From the NCBI GenBank assembly GCA_008632985.1, contig QPGO01000184.1, forward strand, positions 1 to 64,000: 64,000 nt of DNA, written 5' to 3'. Numbering within the stretch: position 1 is the stretch's first letter; every line of letters starts with the position of its first letter. Shown in pieces: positions 12,003 through 23,730 of this stretch. The notes beneath the pieces were generated by a model, which did not search any database, was not told where the DNA came from, and saw only the letters and a program-made list of their open reading frames with translations. The translations under genes and the position numbers were made by a program. Origin of the DNA: Psammoneis japonica. Taxonomy: Eukaryota.

Positions 12003-12555
12003 ATCAAAGTGCTGCGGCGGTGTCTCAATCTCAAGACAAAATTGGCTGGAGACAGACCCCCAATGGGCGCTTCTCATCTTTGTGGAACAAAGCTCAGCCA
12101 TCATGCTTGCTGTCAGCTAGATTGTGCTGCTCCTTGTCGAACATGGAAAAGCGCTCAGATTGGGTCGCTGCGATTGGCAGTTTTGTGTGGCCCCAGTGGC
12201 GGGAGCTCTCCATGATGGCGCTGCACATGGGCACAATTTGGGCACAAGAAAGTCCTCACAGCACCGTGACACCGAGGCAGAAGCACAAGCCATCCACTCC
12301 AAGGCAGACAGCTGTTCAGCTTGCAATCAATCCGAGTTGCTCAGTTCAGTGGAGGAGCATCTCACTTGTTCGACCCGCAGGTTGCGCAGCTGGTTGGCCA
12401 TGGCTCAACCAGTGTTCAAGCCAAGCATCCGCAAAGCCTGGCATCTGGCAGCAAGGGGCGTTGGCGCCATTGCAAGTTGTTTTGGCACAACATCGCCTTA
12501 GGGTGATGCCGGTTGAGGACATGCAAAACCAACAATTTGACCGCAATGTAAAAAG
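12003..12555 (+). mobile_element. 3' end of a non-LTR retrotransposon (LINE); upstream part at 4407-4504
   Basis: SQDKIGWRQxxNGRFSxxW...WxQWxEL and ...LRSWL...GVGAIASCF* resemble diatom LINE C-termini. Short A-rich tail at ~12549-12555. Confidence 0.6.
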
Positions 12556-13879
12556 TTGACTCCGCCATGATGTTCCATTTGAGAGGGCAGTCTGGAGATG
12601 GCCTGGCGCACTTTTTGTGCAGAAGCTGCACGAGAGCCAAGCACATGCATTCCTGCACAGACGCAGCACAAAAACAGAAAGCGCGGCACGCCCATCAGCG
12701 ACTCACGACAACACCACGTGACAACCATGCATCTAAATGGCGTCACCCGCATCTTTCTGTGGCTCCTCTTTTGCTTGCCCGATTGCCCCAAAAGGGCCAG
12801 GGAAAGCTCGCGCACTTCTGTCATGATGGATCAATGCAAGCTGAAGTTGTTTTTTTCACTCCACAACATCAGAATGCAGCGCAACAGATTGTCAAGGCAC
12901 ACCTGCATGTTGGCTGTGCTGTCAGCCAAATCAACGCCATTTGCCGTTCGCTCACTTGACGAGTTGCAAAGCCAACGACTCTTGTTGGCTGAAACTCTTG
13001 AGCCACTTTTGAGACTTGACACAATGACCCATTTGTCCCGTTCTTCACCCTCTGTGTTTCATCAGAGGCAGCAATGCAGCGTTGTTCACTTTCCTTTGTA
13101 AATTTCGGAACATTGAATTGCACAAAAGTGCATTGTTGTTGTTCAGCTTCAACTTAAATTTCAAGAGTCAAGTTGAATTTGTTGTTTCCTTTTTGTGTGC
13201 GCAATTGTCGCCTTTTTGTTTGGATTTAAATTCGCCGAAGACTTTCAACATGCACTTCATTGTCAAAAAACAAGTTTTGTTTTGACGAATTTGTCGCACA
13301 CTCATGGAAACGTCAACTTTGACAGCGCTCTTCATTGGCTCCACCACAGTCTTGCGTGGCCCTGACAAAGAGAAAAGGGGTGGGAGGACTTGCCGTGCCT
13401 GCCAACGTCAAGACTGCAAAGGACGTGGAGGCAGACATTTGTGTGAGCACCAGATGCATCCACAGTTGGGAAATCAACACTGCGCTGCTGTCGTGCCATT
13501 CAGCCAGACCAGTGATCACCAGCAAGAGCGACCTCAAACTTGCCTTCTGTCAACACAAAAAGCAAATGTGCCCTCATGACAGGTGCACTCATTTCCATCT
13601 CTTGCTGCCATTTCGACTTTCGACCGGCATCCCGAGGGTGACACCACGGCCCGACGGCGTCAATGCAGCCACTCCCCTTTCCCAAGGTCCGTTGACGGCA
13701 TTGTCGCATTGCAGCCAGTGAAGTCGATTTCACATTCCCAACATCCGTCGATGGCATCACCATGGCCCAGCTCCTTGCCAACCATGATGCCAACAGCAGC
13801 AAAAACACAGAAGCAGTTTTTGTCCATTTTTGGACTTTCTCACCTCTGTTTTCTTGGACACACAACATCAGAGTAAAAT

Positions 13880-15870
13880 GTGGAATTGACTTGCATTGGC
13901 GTTGTTTGCAAGAGAAGGTTTGGCGGCAATGGTCAAGCATCAGCTGCTTCTGTGCCATCATGGTGGTTTTTTGTGATGGTTTTCTGCGCTGCGTTGTCTC
14001 CCCTCGAATGGGTGCCAGCTTCAGTGGGATCAATTTGACCTTGTGTGTCCGCATTGCCGGCCCTTTCCAGGCCAATTCAAAAAAAACTGTGTCTCAGGAC
14101 GGAAAATCCTGGTTCATCTGCAAGATGAGCCAATCAGTGGCGCCGCAACTGCACTGGGCTTGGGCATTTTGCCCACCACTGGAATCATGCTCACCACAAA
14201 ATGTGACGAATTGACTCCTGGAGCCTCGGTCCAGGCATCAACTTGGTGAGAACGCCAGCAAGATTTGTTTTGCCATCCTCCCAAGCAATGCGCACAATGC
14301 CAGCAGCCTGCGCCTCATGCATCCGGTGACAAGCAATGGCACTGTGCTTCTTTTTGAGTGTTGACTCGGGCTGCGTCGAGTTCTTAAACATGGCCTCATT
14401 GTCACAGAAGACATCAGTGGAGCCATCGAGGGGAACACCCATCATGTGAAGCTTGTGTCAAAAGGCATCGATCTGCTCCATGGCAATCTTCATTGCAACA
14501 AATTCCGACCCAAAAGTTGAGGATTCCACGGTGTTTTGCCGCTTGGAGCACCACAAGATTGGGGCCCATTGCATGAACACAATGATCCCTGAATGGGATC
14601 GGCGCATCACTCGACAACCAGCATGATCCGCGTCGACAAAACATGCAGTGGTGACACTGTTCCCCCTGGCCTCAGGGGCATCATGAGGGATGGCTTTGGC
14701 TGCCCCAGGATGGCATTCCGGCCAGTCACATTCCTGACAACGTGGATGATTGAAGGTCGGTTCCATGTCATCGAACACCATCGCTGACCTGGCGTGTGCC
14801 TTCAAACAGGCAAAGATGTGAAACACCTCATCCAGGTGCCCAACCCTTGGCGCCACCAAGCAAGAAGACAGAAGAGAGACTGGCGCTGTGGCATCAATGC
14901 ACCCCAGTTCCACCATCCAATGCAAAACGCCAATGAGCCCCTGGAAACAAAACTCAATGGGATTGTGACTCTCTTCTTGAGTCCCCGGCCTGCTCGGCCG
15001 AGTTCAAACTCAACATTGGCAGTGGCCCGCTTGACATGCAAGTCAGATGAAAGGGCCCAACGTGTTTTGCCATCCAAGTCAGACAGTGGGAACTTCTTTG
15101 CTTCGGCACCCAGGTGCTCTTCCGGTTCCTTGACGCTTCCCTCTTTTAGCACATGTCTCAAAGCCATGCAATCCATGAACTTCTGGGGTTCGTGCGAGAC
15201 AACTGGCAGGTCGTCCACATGTGCAAGTGCGCATTCCAGTGTTTGAAGCCACCTGGCTTGGCATTCTTGCGCATCCACACATCGGGGCTGCCCTTGCCAG
15301 AGTTGAAACCCGCGAGCCTTGGTGCTGCTGCCACATGTTCCCTAAAAGCAGCACTGGAACTCTTCAGTCCGCACAGGGCCCTGACAATTTCAGTGGGTCA
15401 ACCAACATTCTGCTTGCCAAATTCCAGGCCAGCAATCATGTGACAGCACTCTTTCGTTGGTGCACTCAGACAAGCGTTCTGAGTGTTGGCACACATGACT
15501 TCCAAGTCATTCAGAGCTGCCATCATAAGAGCTGTTCTCACGCCATTGCATGAAACCACACTGGAGTGAGTCGATTCCTTCGGCGGATCAGCCATGTGGC
15601 CTCCGGCCATGCATCGTGCTTTCCCAGTCAAGTCTGACTTGACATCAAACACCAAGTGGCACTTAATTTCCTTGTGTCACATCTGGTCATCATCGACAAA
15701 TTCAAAGGCTGGCATTGCATTGCGCATCTCCTTCTCAGCTGCATTTCCCCACAGGTCAAGCCCAGACTGCTCGTCCAGTGTCAAGGCCTGCTCCACGGAT
15801 TTCGGCAATTCGACACCGAATTTGTGAGTGCGCTTCCAGTGCCTGGTCTTGACTTTCATGACCATCCTTC
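13880..15870 (-). mobile_element. Ty1/Copia (CoDi-like) RT-RNase H fragment with PPT and possible short 3' LTR, hypermutated
   Basis: KRTHKFGVELPKSV, VFDVKSDLxxKARxxAGGH, THSSVVS, NACL, LCGLKSS, HVDD (YVDD), FVDADHAG, WCSKRQNTVESSTFGSEF and KKKHSAIACHR. PPT GAGGGGAGA at ~13997-14005 on the minus strand. Confidence 0.9.
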
Positions 15871-16690
15871 CATGATCCCGCCCACTCGCGCTTGCCGAAC
15901 TCGCCATTTGCTGTGTTTTTGCGCATCAGCCGTGACACCTTGCCACCACTCGCCATGTCCGCCTTCACGAGGAATTTCGCCTTTGGGAACAGCTCTCTCC
16001 GTGCCACCTCTTCCACCTCTCTCTTCAGTGACTTGTGATCTGCCGCAGCCCCCATCCGCTGCAATGCCGCCGCAAGCCTCGGGCTGTGGGGCACTCCCTC
16101 TGCCCCTGCAGCATCCGTCTTAGACGCATTCCAGCCCCAGGTGGGAGCTCGCAGCACTGACGTGTGACAACAACAATTTTTGTCATCCGTCGTGTGTTTC
16201 GCACGTAGATTTCCACGTGTGACATTTAAAAAAAATTGTCCAGACTTGCTGTTTTGCGAAGCCCCAGACGTTTTATGTGACAAATTTATAGAAACAACAA
16301 TGTGCCAGTTACATTCTTCAATGTCTGAAGAATGTAACTGGCCAAGTAAAAAATGATGTGCTTCAATCATGTGCGAGTTTGTGCGTTCGCAAAATTGCCT
16401 CATTTTCTGTTGGCGATCATTGGCATTTTAATTGCCGTGTGATTTTGCTGCGGAGCTCGCACGTAGAAGTCTGCGGGCCCAATGTCACACGGATTCCCAC
16501 CTGCGTCTGGAACGCGTCCTTGGCCGCTTTCTTCCTCCTTCCCATCGTCCTCGACTCATTGTGTCGCTGTCAGTTCCTCCTGTCTGCAATCGTGCAGTGC
16601 AACAGCTCTTCCAAGGAAAATTGTCTTTGCAAAATTTCAAACCTGTTCCTGACACTTTATGGTGATGCTGCTTCCCCCTCCTCATGTGTT
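15870..16690 (-). pseudogene. ORF2 homologue of the family-2 element, split by a MITE and truncated at the Copia junction
   Basis: SPRLAAALQRMG...VARRELFPKAKFL...MASGG aligns with SPRLQAVLKRTG...VARNDLFPQVKFL...LASNG of ORF2. Confidence 0.65.
16123..16518. mobile_element. MITE family A, copy 2 (396 bp, only partly TA-depleted)
   Basis: TIRs as in copy 1; TSD CTTA/CTTG. Excision restores RKKAAK-TDAAG in frame. Confidence 0.85.
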
Positions 16691-17049
16691 GTCAACTGTC
16701 AAATCTTTCCCAAATCATCACAGTCAGTGATTTTTGTCATTTGACTTTGAAAACCACATGTTTGGTTGCACTTGTTTCAGCTCAAGCGACCGATCATTCA
16801 GTTTGAATTGCACAATTAAATGTCAATGACAATTTTGATGTGCAGCCAGATCATTGCATTTGAAACTTTCAACCACACAGAATCACACATGAACATCAAT
16901 CACCGCAGGTCAGAAGTTTGCATCCATGCTCCATGCGCACTCCAGTGGAAACTTGGTGCCAAAAACGATCTCCAACCCAATTCTTCCATCGCATCCTCCT
17001 CTAAATGGACAATGACAAAATCGCTGTGCCTCCCCCTCATGTGAGCAAT

Positions 17050-18200
17050 CAGTCATGCGATGAAATGCGCTGGTTGCCTCACTGACACACCCAACGAAAT
17101 GCTCGACGTGATTGTGACGAATCGTTTCCTTTTTCATTTTTAGATGTTGTCTCCACAGTCTCCTGTTCTCTTCATTGTCACAACAGCCGAAGGACCCCCA
17201 CACCCAAGCCCATTTTCTCGATTTTCTCCAAGATCCAACCGTTGGCCTTCCCAGGTGTCAATTCAAAGAACTCCAGTTCGTCACACCGCCACAACCTGCA
17301 AGGTGCGTCTCGCTCCACTTGTCGCTCAAACAAATGCGCTGGCTTCCTTGCATCAAACACGACGCCCTTTCGGCCCACAACCAGTTTGCACACATCTCCT
17401 GAGCCTTTGTCCAATGCAAGCGGTCCGCAATTCCCGCTTTGGTCCATTCCACATGTGGGCAAGCTGATGGTTGATTCCCTGCTTGACAAATCAACATCTT
17501 GCTTGTCAATTGCCAGACGAAGCTTGCCCTCCCTTGATCCAGCTGCAAACTCATCAAACAGCTCATCACTTGGGTTGTTTGGCCAACCGCTTGCCACGTG
17601 CTGTTCTCCCTGCCTCTCCGGGTGTGTTGCCAGTGAGTTCCAATGCTGGCGTGTTTTGCAAGCATTCCTCGCTCGCTCGATGATCAAACCTGAATGCTCG
17701 TCCTTGTCGTGAATGGAGAACATGGCCTGTGCAGCGTGCATGCATTCCCTCACTTCCCTGGTCCATTCATGCATGTTCTCATGCACCCGGCTCATGATGT
17801 TGTGTTTGGTTTCCCACAGTTCCTTCCATTTCTCCTTGATGGTCCGCTCATCTCTTTCCATGATCATCAAATGAATCGCCCAAATTTCTTTGACATCTGC
17901 GGGCTCTCCGCCCAAGTCACCGCACACGACTTTGCTGCACGAGCCAATTGAACCACACATGTCCATGCAGTCTCTTCACAAGCAGGGGTTGTTGGATGGT
18001 TCCTTCCTGCCGGTGCCCAACCATCGACCCAGCTCTTTTTTAGCTGCGCTGCAGTCTGCCTCCATCTTTTCCTCTTTTGCTTCTTGTCCCATGCTCTCCA
18101 CCTCAGCCAGTTTCCTCCAGCAGTCATCAGGCCAGCGTGCCAGCAAGGCATCGTTCTGGACAATGGAAGCCATGGTGCACGTCACTCGCACGGCTGTTGT
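17050..18200 (-). pseudogene. Cargo/accessory ORF of unknown function (family-2 element)
   Basis: Helical, Trp/Glu/Lys-rich frames at 17976-18299 and 17178-17966 read like a real protein. Boundaries approximate. Confidence 0.4.
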
Positions 18201-18959
18201 GGCACAACGGGTGTTGTTTTTGATGCGTTGACACAGCCCCAATGGTGGAACTGACGGACGTGGAACAATGCCTGCCTTTTCACTGCGTGCACAAGCCAAA
18301 GAATTGACAGTGAGTGGAGATCACAAAATGTTCCGAAGACTGTGTTCCAACTTGCTCTTCCCTTTCCGTTGGCAAGTTTTGCATTCTCATTTGTCACACA
18401 ACACGAAAGTGTTCAATTGTCCCAACGCATTCTTTTGACAGGCAACTGCAAAAGCATTCATCAATGCAAAAAAATCAATGATCACCATTTTTGTGCCAAT
18501 TTCGTGTCTTGTTTCCCGCCAACCCTCACAACACACATGCCGTCCACATGACCAAACCTCAGCCGCAACCATTTGCACAATTGTTCTCGCCGATCCTTTG
18601 CTGTTTCTTTCCACCAAAACACCAAAATGGAACTTCCTCAGTCCAAAAACAAGGGCAAAGAAGCAACCACCTGTTCCTGTTGCCATCGCTCCTTCCAGCT
18701 CATGCTCGGTCACTTAAATTGCAATCCACAATGTCTCTCTGTTGCTCGCGAAGTGTCCAACTTGGCGTCACAAGGTGCGCCGGGACCCAACTTGTCACCC
18801 GATGCTTGTGTCAAAGTGGTTGGAAGGCGCAGCAACTCTGGGAATGCAAATTTGCATTCAATGGCTTCTCGTGGACTCGATTCTTCCTCGTCATCCAACG
18901 ACACCTCAACACATGGATTGAGATGATCAAGAAGAGGGGCCTCTGTTTCCAATGCCCGC

Positions 18960-21900
18960 ATGGCTGGTTCCACCCGTTCGTCCGAACCACCTTCTGATGC
19001 TCCATGGTTGCCAGCATTCGAAGACAACATGTCCCCTCTCTCCTCCATTTGTGGCCCAGACGATGGTTGCTTCATGTCACTGGAGATGCTTTCAGGCGAA
19101 AGCAGCGACACAGAAGCAAACTCTTTCGCCGCGCTGCCGGACGTCACCATGGACATTCCAGACAGCAATGCAACGGATGACACGCAAGCGTCCAAAGGGA
19201 ACATTTCCTCTCTGTTGGATGACAGCCAATTGGGCAACATCTACCAACACCCCGCCGAGGCAGCCTTTGCTGGCTTGTTGTCATTGAGCAACCCAAATGG
19301 GGCCTGTGTGGAGTTGAGCAAGCTGACAGATGACTGTAGAGTGCCGCTCCACCTGTGCAATGACATTGTGGGATTTGTCGAAAGACATTGCGGCATCACA
19401 TTCAAGCTCGGGACCAAAATGCCTTGTTGCAATGCGCTGATGGAAATCTTTCCAAATCGTTCCCCGGACCTGAACGAGAGATGATGCCGGTCAACCTGGA
19501 AACTCCAAGCGGCGAACGGGGAGAGAAAACTGTGATGGCTCCAAGATGGAACTTCCAAGAGGTGCGGGAATCACACATGCTTGACACTTGCACGTGGGCT
19601 GACAAAAGCAATCTTGCGGACACACATCGGCATGTGCGTTGCCAAGGGCCAGGATGACAAATGCGTCTTGGCCAGAGAGTGGTGCAGAAGCATGCACTCG
19701 GCTGGAGTCAAGGATCCACCAAAACAGTTCTTGGAATGTTTGATGGTTTGTGTAGACAAGACGGGACAGACAGCTTCGATGGGATCTTCTTGCGGAGAAC
19801 CCGCGACAGTGACCTCCACGCATGTTGCCTTCAAACAGTGGCACGACAAAGCCAAGTGGAGAGTTCTTGGGTGCATTCCCGACCTTGAAAAAATGTCTTC
19901 TTCCGCAGCAAAACAGCAGTCCAATGCACGCAAATCGGAAAAGGGGCAAAGTCTTTGTGAGCACCACAAGGTTTTGAAAACCACACTTCAGACTTTGCTT
20001 GACACAATGGAGCTGGGTGGTTTCAAATGTTGTGTGCGACGAGGCGACGAGATCCGTTGCCTTCATGTAATTCCAACCACAATCCCAATCAATGGAGATG
20101 CAAAGAGCGGAGACTGCATTGTGGGCAGGTGCGGTGCGAAGAATTGTCGCCAACGCTGCTCCCGTTTTTGCATGACGGGACACAACAACCTTGACGACCC
20201 TTGGAAGGAATGCGAGCTGGTGCGTGCTGGTGACTTGCTGCAAGTTCAGTGCATGGCCAATGATGAAAGTCTTGAAGACAAGGAGCAGAATCACTGGAGG
20301 GAAGAACTGCACTGCATGAAGCAACACAATGTTCCAACCAACAGTTTGCTGTGTGCAGACTTTGGCAAGCAACCATTCAGAGCAACTCTTTCCACGGCCA
20401 GCGACATGATGCACCTGCACGAAAATGGCACTCTGAAAAGGGAGATCCGTGTGTTCGTGGACAACATGACTGCAAATGTGAGAAAGGAGGTAGACGGGCT
20501 GGCAGAAAAGATGTTCGGGAATCACCGATCCACATGCAGTTCCTCCTTTCTGCGCACCAATTTCAAAGGTGGGGCCACTTCACTCACCTTCTTAAGGTGG
20601 TGCGAGACGAAAATTGTGAAAATCGTTTCCGCGCGCATTTTCATTGAAAATCATGGGAATCAGGAATTTGTCATCAGACAAAAGCATTGTGTCTCATTGG
20701 CGAATCACATGGGTCGGCATGCGCGTGATTGCAAGTGTGTCGCTCAACGGAAATTCCGTTTTGGCGATCACTCATTTGTCGCCTCGTTCTCTACATCGTC
20801 TTGGAAAGGCCATGAAAGGCTCTTCCAAGACGAAAACACTTGTGAATTCAAGCATGCAGACACTTTCTCTGCTGTCTTAGCTTCCTGCCGAGTGAAAGAA
20901 ACTGCACCTTTTGACACTTTTTCCCATCTGAGCATCTAATTCAAAAACTTGGGGCGAAAAAACAGGACCTTGTTTTTGCTGACAGGAACATCTTGTTGAC
21001 ACAATCTCGAAACTTGCAGTTTCTTTCCATGGGCAAGTCAAGGAGACACCAATTGAGAATGCAGGACACTTGGTTGAAGGAAATGCAGCATTTGATGGTG
21101 TCCTGGGACAAGCCGAAGTGCGACCATCGCTTTGTGTAGAAACGTGTAGAAATCATGCCAGAAAAAATTCCAAACAATTTTCGTCTTGCACTGCGTTAAA
21201 TTCTCATTGCTGGGCAGGGATGGCCTTTGTCTTTTGCCTTCTGTTGCTTGCAAAGGAGGGTCGCGAGGTCTGCGCACCCTGCTTCAGCAAAGAAGACGCG
21301 GAGGAACCTTCACTTCCCTTGGGTCGCGCATCCCAAAATTCAGAATGGACAGAATCTACATGCCACAAGAATGCGATCCGGAGGATGATTGCCAGGCAGC
21401 AGTTGATCCAGACAATGGAGAAGACGTGGCAGCCGACAAATGCGACACTGACCATTCTGTTGAAAACAACGACAATGAATCAGACAACGAAGGAGAGGGC
21501 AAGTGCAAGAGATCCAACAAAAAGAGAATCCCAATTAGATGCAGCGTTTGCCAGTGTGCAAAGCTGCTCGAAGACATGCTCACATTCCATGCATGGTGCA
21601 AGCTGGGCAACCCTCCTTCAGACAGAAACGACCTTCAAAAGATTGCAAAGAAAATTTGTTTGCTTGTCGCTCGTGTGGTCTGTTTCTCCCCACGGCATGA
21701 GGGTGCTGGTTGGAAGCTGCAAAAACTCCATGAATTGATCCATTTGCCCACTTTCCTGTTCTTCTACCGTCATGCCATGAATTTCGATGCTGGTCTTGGC
21801 GAATCACTGTTGAAGGATTTTTTTCAAATTGCCAGCCGCCACGGCTCAACAGCGGAGCTTTGATGTCTTCCTGGGTCAGGTTGCGTCTCGCATGGAAGAC

Positions 21901-22650
21901 CAAATGATGGTTCACCGAGCCATCTCCGCCAATCCATGGACAACAAAGAAGTGCGGGATTGCAAAATGCGTGCGGCGGGCGATGCGGCCAATCACCGTCT
22001 TGGTGGTTCCTCGCACGTGTTGAAGTGCAATGCTTCGAACAAGGCTGTTTCATTCCTGTGGAAGGGAGAACAAAAGCATTGTCAGGTGCACCCTGTTCTC
22101 CTCAAATCTGCAGGGAAAAAGTGGGAGGAATGTGTTGGTGACGGAGAGAACCAGACAAAAAGCATTCTTTGCAAAACTGAGTGTTGCAACAAAAACGGCA
22201 TCGACACTTGCCACGCACACCCGGACTGCAACAGTGAAGGTGCCATTCATGACTGGGCAAATGCAAACTTTGGAACTCGGTGTGGCGGATTTGTTCTTCC
22301 CTTCACGACTTCATTCTTTCTTTCAAAGAATGAGCGATGGTGAGTCATTTGCAGTTGTGCATCCTTGTGCTTGCCAGGCGGACAAGCACACCATGGTGGA
22401 ACGCATGCAACACACCAACCTTGTCAGTTGATGGCAATTGGATCAAGTGAAAAACCAAGAGTTGTCCACACGCAAAAAAGCCGTGCATGCTCCAAAACTG
22501 CATTTGGCTCCAATCGAGGCGGTTGGTGAAAAATTGCAGGTGTGCGAGGAACAACCGGGAATCACAGAGTCACACGAGAAGACAAAGTGCGTTTGGGTGG
22601 TTCAAGACAGGAGAAAAACATGGGCGGCAAAGTTTCACAACAGCGGTTGA
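18960..22650 (+). pseudogene. Plavaka/CACTA-like transposase (family 2), frameshifted and MITE-interrupted
   Basis: Collinear with 6605-9829: VDKTG, GDAKSGD, SDMMHLHENG, RTNFKGGATSLTFL|NSHxWAG, WKLQKLHE and WVVQDRRKTW. Confidence 0.8.
20596..21195. mobile_element. 600-bp non-autonomous TIR element with TTAA TSD (Kolobok- or piggyBac-like)
   Basis: TTAA at 20592-20595 and 21196-21199. TIR GGTGGTGCGAGACGAAAATTGT vs reverse complement CGCAGTGCAAGACGAAAATTGT. Removal restores TFL-NSH. Confidence 0.9.
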
Positions 22651-22811
22651 TGGGCATGATCGACAACTGGCAACTGCAAACAGTGCTTCACATTTCGAAA
22701 CAGTGTCAGAGCATGCCATTGTTGAAACATGTGCAATTTCGGAAACAGACGACACAACCATCAGCACTCACCTAATTTGTGCAGTTGACAAGGCCACAAC
22801 AATTGAAGGAG

Positions 22812-23675
22812 TCAGCTTTGTTCGTCGATGTGCAGGCCCAGAAACCACCGGGGCCACAGGTTGAGGCAGGTCTGCCAATTTGGCACGCTTCTTTCGAAAG
22901 AAAAAAACTTCCATGGATCGTTCGGATCGAAACTCTTGACTTCTCTCATGAAGTCTAAGACCTTGTCCCTTTCTGTTTCCGGAAGTGTTTCCCGAATTTC
23001 CTGTTCCGTGACTCCCAAATGCATGGCTTCCTGGTCGGATGGTTTTCCTGGCCAGTCCCCCCTGTCTTGTTCTGCGATTTCGAGCGACGTTTGGCATGTC
23101 GTAATTTCCTCCAACGCCGTTTCGTGAGTCATCAATTGAATCAGCGCATGTTCTTCTACATGCTCCAAGTTGCGCACGACTTGGGAGAGGGACCACAGGT
23201 TGCGTGGGACTGTGATGCGACACCTTTCAAACTTGGGATGCAACAAGGATGGCATCATCTCTTTTGGGTTTTCGTGGAAGAAGCGATTGCCGAAAGACGT
23301 CATGTTCCACTCGCCGCGTTGCATCCAGCAACAGTCCATGCAAATCTGGATGAATCCACTGTTCTTAAAATCAATTTCACCGCCGAATTGTGACTTCACT
23401 CGAGACACAAAATCCTTTGCAGAAATGTTGCAATTGAGGTGGTGCGTGGCACTTCCATCCTGCAGAGAGACGGTGCACACCTCAACGCTGGCGTTCGTGT
23501 GCAGGTTTTCCGCAACTTGACACCTGGCCTCGTCTCTTTGATGCTGAGTGTCAGCCACGGCCTGCACCCCACGGTTGGAACAAAGGTCGTCGAAGGACAG
23601 CTGTCCGGCATTTGCAGGCCCAGTCATGCACAGCCACAGGATTTTGGTGCTGCCGTCGCGACTGCACATTGTCAA
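22812..23675 (-). pseudogene. Accessory ORF convergent with the transposase (ORF3-like)
   Basis: WPGKPSDQEAMHLGVTEQEIR matches WLGKPSDQEEACLGVSEEDIR at ~34840-34910. Confidence 0.55.
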
Positions 23676-23730
23676 AAATCAGGGCAGAAAGAGTCACACA
23701 TCAGCCACAACAGCAATTCACACTCAAGTC

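Noticed and set aside
13866..13880. Extra CATCAGAGTA motif as another transposon end
   Set aside because: Only 9-10 bp, with no partner or TSD identifiable.
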